A stretch of 64,000 nt of DNA from Mobula hypostoma (Eukaryota): NCBI RefSeq assembly GCF_963921235.1, contig NC_086097.1, positions 55,802,001 through 55,866,000 of the forward strand. Reading direction: 5' to 3'. Every line of letters starts with the position of its first letter. The stretch's first letter is position 1. The notes under the pieces are model-generated. The model did not search any database, was not told the origin of the DNA, and saw only the letters and a list, made by a program, of their open reading frames with translations. The position numbers and the translations under genes were made by a program. This document shows, piece after piece, positions 1 through 10,307 of the stretch.

Positions 1-229
1 AATGTTCGGTATCAGAGATTTGCCGCAGCTTGTCTTGTATACATTTTTCCATGCATGTATGCGGGTTGAAAGAAATGCTGTGGACACACACACACATGTC
101 TTATTTTTAAATTTGCTTCATATGAGTAATCCTTATTGGACCAGCATTGTGAATCATCAAGAACCAACACTTCAAAAACACAGATTTTATTCCACAAACT
201 GTGGACTTTTAACTGGATGTGCAAATATC

Positions 230-247
230 TATATATATATATATATA
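230..247. repeat. (TA)n microsatellite
   Basis: Perfect alternating TA run. Confidence 0.9.
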
Positions 248-1414
248 AGGAACTTTAAATCTGTTGCCTTTCATATGTTGATGAAATCTAGTTATCCTAA
301 GATTGAAAAAAACTATTTGGAAATTTAAGCATATGCTTTCTGTATTAATATATTTTACCAACACAACTAATATCAACATGCATGCTCATTAGATATTTAA
401 TTCCAATGATACCACGCTATTAAAGTGCAACAGATAATTATACAAGATGAGCACCAGTGGGATATGAAATTTATTGCAGGGTTTATCTCACCAGGTAACT
501 CAAATACAATTAAATCCATCACGTGCTCTTGATATGTTAAATGTAACCATGAAGATAGTAATCACTATTTGTTTCTTTATTGTGATTATTTTTCTCTAAA
601 AGCCAAACATGGATTTGACGTGTGTCTGCGACATCCATTAATATAATGTTACTTTTATTTGTGGTGGTAAGTACAAAACTGTTGGAGTAAATGAAACCTA
701 ATATTAACCAAAGTATTTTCTGTGAGGGTGCATTTCCTTAGCTGACTTTTTCCACTTGTTCATCATGTGGATAGTCTATGTCAACAGACAGTAGCACCCT
801 GAATGGAGAACCTACTCAGCCAAGCCGGTGATTTCTCAAGGAACTTGCAGCACAGATCACTGAACAATGAGTGGAAGTCTGTACTGCTTGGAAATAGGCC
901 ATTTGGCTCACTGTACCCATGCTGACTAGTGGGCACCCTTGCATTTTAATCTGATCATTTGTCCTGTAGTCGTCAATGCCTAGGTGTTTCAAGTGCTTGT
1001 CTGGATACCTGCTAAGTGCGGTCAGTGACTCTGCTTCCACTGCTCGGTGACCTTTTACTTCCTACAGTAAGCTATGATTGCTAAAGACAGTTTTAACATT
1101 TCACTGTTATGGAATCTAAAATGTGTATCTTTCATACACTGATCATCATCGCTGCTCTTGTGAATGACAATGGACATTTTCTCATTCCATCCCCGTATGA
1201 GGCTGATTGTTAGAAAGTGGAGTTGCTGCCATCCTTTAGACCGGTGCCTCCAGTCTAAGCAATAGCCAGCTATTACTTTCTAACGAAATGGTGAAGGGTG
1301 AGTAAGATCTTGGTTCTTCATTCATAATAGCTTGTAATTATATGGGACCATAAGAAAGTTTCTAAAACAAAAGTGCATCAAACTTGTACATCCTTTGGCT
1401 GTAGACATCCTTGT

Positions 1415-1724
1415 AGTAGCGCGATACCGCAATTGTTAACATAATGCTATTACAGGACCAGTTCAATTCCCACCAGTGACCCTAAGCAGTTTGTATGTTC
1501 TCTCCATAAGAATACGGGTTCTTCTGGGTGTTCCAGTTTGTTCCCACATTGCAATGGTGTACAGTCAGGGTTAGTAAGTTGTTGGCATGCTATGTTGGTA
1601 CCGAGAGTATGACCACATTTGCGGGCTGCCCAGCACAATCCTCGCTGTTTTACTTTGACGCAAACAACGCATTCCACTGTATGTTTCGATGTACAGGTGG
1701 CAAATAAAGCTAATCTTTATCTTT
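1415..1724 (+). mobile_element. tRNA-derived V-SINE (HE1-like), decayed
   Basis: B-box-like cagttcaattccc and V-domain-like agtttgtatgttctctcc...ttctgggtgttccagtttgttcccaca. Tail aaataaagctaatctttatcttt. Similar copy at 60182-60500. Confidence 0.75.
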
Positions 1725-2379
1725 AATGCCACTTCATTACCACGGACGTGTTGTCACAGTTATGCAGATGAAAAAGGGAACCAAAACCAAAGCAGGAAGA
1801 TTTTACAAATTGCCGTGAGGGAAAGCTAACTGGAATTGATTGAGGGGAGTACCCTGCCAGGTCTCTTGAAGAATTCAGTGACCTCCTATCAATTTGATAT
1901 TGATTTTTTTCATTCACCTGAACAAGCAGAGTATGTTTTAAATTGGAAATACATCCAAGAGGTGACAACACAGACAATGAAGCACTATATTGTACTGTGT
2001 GCAAGTGGCAACTGAGACTGGGTGTGAAGAGTGACGCCTGAGCAAAATCAGGATGCATCGGGGTAATGAAATAGACATCATTTATTTGGAAATTGAAAAG
2101 ATTTTTAATAATAATAGATTGTATTGTATACATAACCCTAGTCATTACATGCAGGGTCAGGTGAGAGGTATCAGAATAGATATGGCCTGATACAGTCCAG
2201 AAAATGTAATCCTAGGGTTAAGGGTAGATGCTCAGCCAAGCTTAAGGTGGAACTTTGTTACCCATCTCGTCATTGCTGAGAGGACCAACATTTGTTCTCC
2301 ATCTTTATTGAGATTGTGCAGGTGAGTACCACCTTGAATCACTGCAATTCTTCTAGTGAAGATTCTTCTATCGTGCTAT

Positions 2380-2853
2380 AAAACCCTAAGACAGAGGAGC
2401 AGAATTAGGTGATTCAGCCTATCAAGTCAGCTCTACAATTTGATTGCGGCTGCTTTGCATTTCCCTCTGGACCCTATTCTTCTGCCTTCTCCCTGTATCT
2501 TTTGGCATCCTTACTAATCAAAAACCTATCATCCTCCACTTTAACTATACCCACTAATTTGGCCTCCGTAGCATTTATATTCTTTTATTCTGGATATTCA
2601 TTTATTCTGAAGCTTTGCCCTCTGGTCTTAATCCTCCCAAGACTGGAAAGCATTCTCTCCACTTCTTCGCTATCCAGGCCTTCAATATTCAGAAGGTTCC
2701 AATGAGATCCCCCCCTCAACCTTCTAAACAGCAAGTTTAGGCCCAGAGCCATCAAACACTCATCATATGTTAACCCTTTCAGCCCTGGGATCATTCTTGT
2801 AAATATCCTCAAGACTGTCTCCAACATCCTTCCTCAGAAATGGGGCCCAAAAG
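2380..2853 (-). mobile_element. CR1 LINE 3' end (outer layer of nested stack)
   Basis: ORF 2585-2827 (FTRMIPGLKGLTYDECLMALGL...RRLRG...KTRGQSFRI) is the CR1 ORF2 C-terminus. The element resumes at 5728 after the LTR insertion. Confidence 0.9.
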
Positions 2854-3266
2854 TGTAATGGTCTGTGCGGGATGCCAGTCAGGGTTGGACTCCAAGATTT
2901 TGAGAGCACTTGAATTGGTTAATTGTTGTTTAACGAGAGCTGTCAATCTTTTAGAGTTCCTTGTGTTTCTCTCAAGCGACCCGCTCTTTGTAAAGCAGTC
3001 TCCTGGTGCTTTCTGTTTAAACTGTTTAAGCTTAAGTTTATTTTCATAGGCTCAGGGAATTTGTGTTATCTGTATTATTCAAGAGGACACTGATTAGCAC
3101 TAATTGCAGGGTCCTAGTTTTGAAAATGTTACTTTTCACGGTGTTGCTCGGTGGAGCCACTAATTTTTTTTGGAATTATTATGAATAAACTCTTGTCGCT
3201 GTCTCTACATCAAATTCTGTCTTTCCTCTGCACTTGGGTTCTCATATGCCAGCACACATCATTTCA
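2854..3266 (+). repeat. 5' LTR
   Basis: tgtaatg...catcatttca with an internal AATAAA. Alignable by eye with 5305-5721 at roughly 80% identity. Confidence 0.88.
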
Positions 3267-4089
3267 GAAGGACGCCACCCAGTAATAGACCCTGTGGAGG
3301 TTGAAAAAGGGCATTTTGACATCGGTCCGCTTCATTATGAGAATGCCATCTATTCTCAAGTCTACGTTTTGAGTTTCTCCAGTGACTGTTCTGAGTTTTC
3401 AAGCCATAAGTACCTGGGTTCGCAGCTTTGTAAATCAGATCTGAATAAAGGTTGAGCGCTTCAAGCAAGCTTATCAATAACGTTCATTTGATTCAACATT
3501 CAAGTCAATAGTGTAAATTTTGGAAGAACTTTCCCTGTGTTGACGTTGTTCCTTGCAAGTAATGTATGCCTTTCTTAATGTCAAGTCAATGTTCAGAAGG
3601 ACACCATTGGGAAAATTGAAATAAGCTTACATATCAACAACTGCAGTAGAATGGACTCACCTTTTACAATACATAATTCCCGTCTGTCTGTTCTGATGAG
3701 TGATGCTAATGGTAGCAAATGTTCCAGTGTACAAGCATCTCCTGAAACAGTATTTTGAGTTGGCAGCCCTGCTCCAAAAGCTGATCCCTGGTTGGAGTGT
3801 GCAAGCACACAAATAAAGTAGTAAGCTACCTTCTCAAGACTAAGCTACCTTATATTTGACCTCTTGATGGAAGTTATGGTACAAACTGTGAAAATTAAAC
3901 TTTCCTGTAACAAATGAAGCAAATCTCCAGAGAACCAGGTAGCTCAGTGATAAAAAGAGCCTGTATATGCCCTATCAATCTGTAAAATTGAGAGTACAGC
4001 CTTCTGTATCCCAATTGCCTTGGGAAAATTGTGGTGTAAAACACTTCCAGGATCCTGTTCTAGCTTTTGAGTTTCATGTTTTCAAGGAC

Positions 4090-5285
4090 TCAACTTTACA
4101 AATCTCAAGGCTTTTTCTGGGCCTAGGCATCCCAGTCTGTGTCCTGGGTTCTCAAGTTTCTTATGGTCATCAAGTCTCAAGGCCATCAAAGTTCTCCAGG
4201 TTTCCCAAATACCAAGGTATTTTCAATGTTTCCATGGTTTTCCTCAAGTTCTCTCTGTCTTGAAGACTCCCAGGCCTGCACCTCAGGGCACCTCTCAAGA
4301 TTCCCAGGCCCCAGTCAAAGTTCCCCTAGACACGCTTGAGGTTCCTAGGCCTGCTCAAGGTTCTCACTCGAGGTTCCCTGAACTCTCAGTCCGTCAGGGT
4401 TCACTGGTCTCTCAGTCTCTCCGGGTTCCCTGGTCTCCCAGTCTCTCGGGGTTCACTGCTCTCTCAGGTTTCACTGGTCTTGCAGTCTCTTGGGGTTCCC
4501 CAGTCTCTCAGGGTTCCCCAGTCTCTCAGTCTCTCAGTCCCTCAGGGTTCCCTGCTCTCGCAGTCTCTCGGGGTTCCCTGGTCTCTCAGTCTCTCAGTCC
4601 CCCAGGGTTCACTGGTTTCTCAGTCCCTCAGGGTTCACTGGTCCCTCAATCTCTCGAGGTTCCCCAGTCTCTCCGTCTCTTGGGGTTCCCTGGTCTCTCA
4701 TTCTCTTGGTCTTTCAATCACTTGAGGTTTCCCAGTCTCTCATTTTCTTGAGGTTCCCTGGTCGCTTAATCTTTTGGGGTTCCCCGGTCTCTCAGTCTCT
4801 CGGGGTTCCCCAGTCTCTCAGTCTCTTGGAGTTCCCCAGTCTCTCAATCACTCGAGGTTCCCCAGTCTCTCAGTCTCTCGAGGTTCCCTGATCTCTTCGT
4901 CTTTTGGTGTTCCCCAGTCTCGCAGTCTCTTGGGGTTCCCTGGTCTCTCATTCTCTCGGGGTTCCCTGGTCTCCAGTCTCTTGAGGTCCCTGGTCTCTCA
5001 GTCTCTCAATCTCTCAGGGTTCCCTGGTCTCTCATTCTCTCAGGGTTCTATGGTCCTTCAGACACTTGGGGGTTCCCTGGTCTCTTGAGGTTCCCCAGTC
5101 TCTCAGTCTCTTGGGGTTCCCACAAGACTCTCTGGTTCTCAAGGTTCCCAAGTCTCTCTCAAGGTTCCTCTCCAGGTGTCACAGGAACCCCTCAAAGCCC
5201 CTCTCAAGGTTTCCCATGCCTCCTTCCTGCCGTTTCCCAGGACTCTCAAATTGCCCTGGATCTTGAATTATCAGGTCTCCCTGGC
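4090..5285 (+). repeat. Degenerate tandem array inside the LTR element (gggttccctggtctctcagtctctc-like unit, cagtctct subunit)
   Basis: Dozens of variant copies of gggttccc(tg)gtctct and cagtctct, strongly C/T-skewed on the + strand. Confidence 0.9.
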
Positions 5286-5304
5286 TATAGCGGTAGGGTG
5301 GCAC

Positions 5305-5721
5305 TGTAATGAGCTCTTTGGACATATGGGGTGCTGGAGAGTGTTGGGCTCTGAAGTTTTTAGAGGACCTGAATTGGTTAATTGTTGTTTAACGAGAGCT
5401 GTTAATTGTTTAGAGCTCCTCATGTTTTTCTTGAGTGACTCTCTCTTTGTAACATGGTCTCCTGGTGCTTTCTGTTTAAACTTGTTACATTTATTTTGAT
5501 AGGCTCAGGGATTCCATGTTACCTGTATTATATAAGTGGATACTGATTAGCACTAATTGCGGCGTCCTAGTTTTGAGAACGTTACTTCTCGTGATGTTGC
5601 TCGGTCGAGCCACTGATGTTCTTTTGGAATTATTACGAATAAACTCTCATCGCCATCTCTACATTAGAGTCTGTCTTTCCTCCGCACTTGGGTTCTGATA
5701 TTGCCAGCACGCATTGTGGCA
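5305..5721 (+). repeat. 3' LTR
   Basis: tgtaatg...cattgtggca with TATA-like tatataag (~5529) and AATAAA (~5638). Confidence 0.88.
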
Positions 5722-5727
5722 CAAAAG

Positions 5728-6283
5728 TGCTCACAGTACTCCAGCCGTGGTCTGATCAATGCCTTACAAAGTCTCCGCTTTATATCTTTGTTTTTATATT
5801 GTAGCCCTCTCAAAATTAAGGCTAACATTGCATTTGCATTCCAAGCTAGTGACTAATCTTTCAGGGAATCCTGCACTATGACTCCCAAGTCCCTTTGCAC
5901 CTCTGATTTCTGAAAATTGGTCCCTGTTTAGAAAATAGTCTGTGCCTTTATTCTTTCCACCAAAGTGCATAACATACATTTCCCTACACTCTATTCCATC
6001 TGCCACTTCCTTGGCCATCATCTGATCAAGTCTTTCTGCAGATTTCCTGCTTCTTCAACACGGTTGCCACCACCTCCCCCCACTGATCTGTGCAGTATTC
6101 TCGAACTTGTCCAGAAAGCTATCAATTCTTTCATCAACACCATTGACTTATAACCTGAAAAGTAGCACACTAAACACCAATCCCTGTGGGACACCACTAG
6201 TCACTGGCAGCTAACCAGAAAAGGCCCCCTTTATGACCACTCTTTGTCTTCTGCTAATCAGATATTCTTCTATCCACACCAGT
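5728..6283 (-). mobile_element. CR1 LINE RT fragment, continuation of 2380-2853
   Basis: ggggcccaaaag|tgctcacagtactcc joins seamlessly across the LTR insertion. ORF 5794-6021 contains VMHFGGKNKGTDYFLN, and the GVPQG-coding region lies near 6180-6200. Confidence 0.88.
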
Positions 6284-7205
6284 ATTATAGCTCAGCATTC
6301 AACACCATTAGTACTAATCAACAAGCTTCAAAACCTGGGCCTTTGTACCTCCCTCTGCAAATGGATCCTTGACTTGCTCATTGGGAGACCACAGTCAATG
6401 TGGATTGGAAATAACATCGCCTCCTTGCTGACAAACAATTCAAGGATGTGTGCATAGCCCACTGCTCTCTTCACTCTACACTCATGGTTTGAGGATCTCA
6501 GAAACTGCGGATCGCCTGGGATTTTCATCCTCTAGAGATTACAGAGAATGCTGTGAAAAACAAAAGGACATCCAGTGAGCGGCAATTCTGTGGGTCAAAA
6601 TGCTTTACTAATGTGAGAGTCAGAGGAAAATGGCCAGATTGGCTGAAGATGACAGGAAGGTGACAGTAACTCAAAAAAACTACATGGTGTGCAAAAGAGC
6701 ATCTCTGAACCCACAACACATATCTTGAAGTGACAAACCTTGAAGTAAATAGGCTACAGCAGCAGAGGACCACATGGGGTTTCACTCCTGTACCAAATAA
6801 AGTGGCCACTGAGTGCAGATTGGCCTGTTGAGTGGTTGCAGCAAAAAACTTTCACCCAACATCGTAAGAGCAAGAAACTAAGTGTGGACTTCGGGAAGAG
6901 GGAATCAGGAAAACACACAGTAGTTCTCATCAAGGTGTCAGCAATGGAAAGGGTGAGCAGCTTCAGGTTCCTGGTGTCAACACCTCTGAAGATCTATCCA
7001 GGGCCTATCATATTTCATTAGGAGTTTGAGATTTAGTATGTCACTAAAGAATCTGGCAAACTCCTTCAGATGTACTATGCAGAGAATTTTGACTGGTTGC
7101 ACCACCATCTGGTATGGAGATGTCAATGGATCAGAAAAAGCTGCTGAAGATTGCCAACACAGCCAGCTCCATCATGGGCACTAACCTCCCTGCTACTGAG
7201 GTCAC
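6284..7205 (+). mobile_element. Rex1/Babar LINE RT fragment (interrupted)
   Basis: LINKLQNLGLCTSLCKWILDLLIGRPQSMWIGNN (ORF 6233) and KSKKLSVDFGK...MERVSSFRFL (ORF 6836) are Rex1-type RT motifs. Confidence 0.85.
6485..6815 (+). mobile_element. Tc1-like non-autonomous DNA transposon, right half only
   Basis: Matches the copies at 32183 and 61674 and ends in the TIR aataaagtggccactgagtg. Confidence 0.85.
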
Positions 7206-7214
7206 TTTCAAAAG

Positions 7215-10122
7215 GTGAGGGTAGAAACAGGATGATTTGGCAGATTAACGCATGGCTGAGAAGCTGGTACAAGGGGCAGGGCTTCGGGTTCTTGGATCAT
7301 TTGGATCTCTTCTGTGGGAGGTATGACCTGCACAAAAGAAATGGGTTGCACTTGAACACGAGGGGGACCAATATTCTTGTGGGCAGGCTTGTTAGAGCTT
7401 TTGTGGAGGGTTTATACTAATTTGACAAGGGTATGAGAATCGCAGTGATGGATGGATGGTAAAAATACAAAGATAGCATGCGGTCAGACTGTCAAGAAGG
7501 GCAGGCAGATGATAGGACAACATTGCAGCCAGCAAGGTGAGTATCGGTTTATTAGGGGTGCAGAATCAGAAAAGGTAGCCAATACAGTATTCAAAGGCGA
7601 ATGATCTTGTTGCACTTTTACAGATTGTTGGGTATGATGTTGTGGCCATCACTGAATCATGGCTGAAGGATGGTTGTAGTTGGGAGCTAAATGTCCAAGG
7701 TTACACATTGTATTGGAGAGATAGGAAGGCAGCCAGAGTGGGTAGTATGGCTCTGTTGGTAAAGAATGGAATCAAATCATTAGAAAGATGTGATATAGGG
7801 TAGGAAAAAGTTGAAACCTTGTGGGTTTAGTTAAGAAACTGCAAGGATAAAAGGACCCTGATGGCAGTTATATACCAGCCTCCAAACAGTACCTGGAATG
7901 TGGACTAAAGATTACAGCGGGAAATAGAAAAGGCATCTTAAAAGGGCAATGTTATGATCATCATGGGAGATTTTAACGCGCAGGTAGATTGGGAAAATCA
8001 GGTTGGTAATGGATCTCAAGAGAGTGAATTTGTTGAATGCTTACAAGTTGGCTTTCCAGAGCAGCATGTCATTGAGCCTACTAGGGGATCAGCTAAACTA
8101 GACTGGGTGTTTTGTAATGAACCAGAGGCGATTAGGGAGCTTAAGGAAAAGGCACACTTAGGAGGCAGTAGTCACAATATCATTGAGTTCAACTTCAAGT
8201 TTGATAGAGAGAAAGTAAAGTCTGACGTAGCAGTATTTCAGTGGAGTAAAGGAAATTACAGAGGTGCGAGAAGGAGTTGGTCAAAGTAAATTGGAAGGAG
8301 ATGCTGGCAGGGATAACAGAGCAGCAAAGGCACGAGTTTCTTGGAAAAATGAAGAAGGTGCAGGACAGATGTATTTCAAAAACAAAGAAATTCTCAAATG
8401 GCAAAATAGTACAAATGTGGCTGACAAGGGAAGTCAAAGCTAATGTACAAGCAAAGAGAGGGCATACAACAAAGCAAAAATTAGTGGGAAAATAGAGGAT
8501 TGGGAAGTTTTTTAAAAACCTACAGAATACAACTAAAATAATCATTAGGTGTGAAAAGATGAAATATGAATGCAGGCTAGCAAACAGTATCAAGGTGGAA
8601 TGAAAAAGCTTTTTCAAGTATATAGAAAATAAAAGAGAGATGAGAGTGGAAATAAGACCACCAGAAAACGAAGCCAGGGAAATAATAACAGGGGACAAGG
8701 GGATGGCAGATGAACTAAATGAGTATTTTGCATCAGTCTACACTGCGGAAGACACTAGTAATGTGCCAAGTGTTGAAGGGAGTGAGTGAAGAGAAGTGAG
8801 TGCAGTTACTATTACAAGGGAGAAGGTGCACAAAAAGCTGAAAGACCTATAGGTCCATAAGTCACCCAGAGCAGTGGAACTGCACCCAGGGTTTGGAAAG
8901 AGGTGGTGGTAGACATTGTGGTGGCATTAGTAACAATCTTTCAGGATTCATTGGACTCTGGCATAGTTCCGGAGCACTGGAAAATTGCAAATGTCACTCC
9001 ACTCTTTAAGAAAGGAGGGAAGCAGTAGAAAGGAAATTTTAGACCAGTTAGCCTGACCTCAGTGGTTGGGAAGATTTTAGAGTCAATTGTTAAGGATGAG
9101 CTTAAGGTAATGGAACACTTAGGAAACAGTGATCATAATACGGTAGAATTCCCCCTGCAGTTTGAGAGGGAGCAGATGAAGTCAGACATACCAGTGTTAC
9201 ACTGGAGTAAAGGAAATTACAGAGGCATGAGCGAGCAGCTGGCCAAAGTTGATTGAAAGAGAACACCAGCAGGGATGATGGCAGAACAGCAAAGGCTGGA
9301 GTGTCTGAATGCAACTTGGAAGGCACAGGATAGATTCATCCCAAAAATAAAGAATTATTCTAAAGAGATGTTGGCACAACCATGGCTGACAAGGAAAATA
9401 AAGACAGCATAAAGGCAAAAGAGAGGGCATATAATGTAACAAAAATCAGTGGGAAGTTAGAGGATTGGGAAGCTTTTAAAAACCAACAGAAGACAATTAA
9501 AAGAGCCGTAAGGAAAGAAAAGATTATATATGATGATAAGCTAGCCAATAATATAAAAGAGGATACCAAAGACTTTTTCAGATATATATAGAGAGAGAGA
9601 GAGTAAAAGAGAGATGAGAGTTGATATCAGACACTGAAAAATTATGCTGGAGAGGTAGTATGGGGGTCAAAGAAATGGCAGACAAACATATTAAGTATTT
9701 TGCATTAGTCTTCACTATGGAAGATACTAGCAGTAATTCAGAAGTGTCGGGGACATAAATGAGTATAGTTGCTATTATTAAGGAGAAGGTGCTTGGGAAG
9801 CTGAAAGATAATAAGGTAGATAATTCACCTGGACCAAATGGACTATGCCCCAGGGTACTGAAAGGGGTAGCTGAAGAGATTATGAAGGCATTAGTAATAA
9901 TCTTCCAAGAATTACTAGATTCTGGGATGGTTACAGAGGACTTGAAAGTTTGCATATGTCACTCCACTCCTTAAGAAGGGAAGGCAGAAGAAAGGAAATT
10001 ATGGGTCAGTAGCCTGACGCCAATGGTTGGGAAGATGTTGAAGTCCATTATTAAGGATGAGGTTTTGGGTACTTGGAGGCACATGATAAAATAGACCAAA
10101 GTCTTATGCTCTTATGGTCTTA
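7215..10122 (+). mobile_element. Rearranged CR1 LINE: ORF1 esterase C-terminus, ORF2 endonuclease, duplicated segment, RT deleted
   Basis: INAWLRSWYKGQGFGFLDH...GLHLNTRGTNIL is SGNH esterase-like ORF1. IIMGDFNAQVDWENQ...PTRGSAKLDWV and LGNSDHN are APE endonuclease motifs. Ends in a ttatggtcttat tail. Confidence 0.9.
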
Positions 10123-10139
10123 TCATGGTAGTAATGGCA

Positions 10140-10307
10140 GTGGTGGTTCTCCTGTATCATCAGGCACAAGAGCCTGAAGGTGCACACTCAGCATTTTAGG
10201 AGTGGCTTCTTCCCTTCCATCATTAGAGTTTTGAACAGTCCATGAACCCAGGAACACTACCTCATTATTTTGTTTTCTTTTTGCACTATTTATTAATTGT
10301 TTATTTA
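10140..10307 (+). mobile_element. Rex1/Babar 3' coding end, continuation of 6284-7205
   Basis: catcaggc...agagcctgaaggtgcacactcagcattttaggagtggcttcttccc matches the Rex1 copy at ~37040-37110. Confidence 0.8.

Larger units (their letters stand above)
2854..5721 (+). mobile_element. Non-autonomous LTR retrotransposon (Gypsy-like organisation), both LTRs present
   Basis: Direct repeats 2854-3266 and 5305-5721, both TG...CA. CAAAAG duplicated at 2848-2853 and 5722-5727. Purine-rich ggtagggtggcac precedes the 3' LTR. No gag/pol ORF. Confidence 0.88.

Noticed and set aside
4139..5499. Overlapping 60-160 aa Ser/Leu/Gly/Pro-rich ORFs as a gene or a CRISPR-like array
   Set aside because: They arise from a stop-poor degenerate tandem repeat. 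There are no constant repeats with unique spacers, no cas genes, and the context is eukaryotic.
7151..9974. Esterase and endonuclease ORFs as functional genes
   Set aside because: Multiple stops and frameshifts; they are decayed CR1 ORF1/ORF2.
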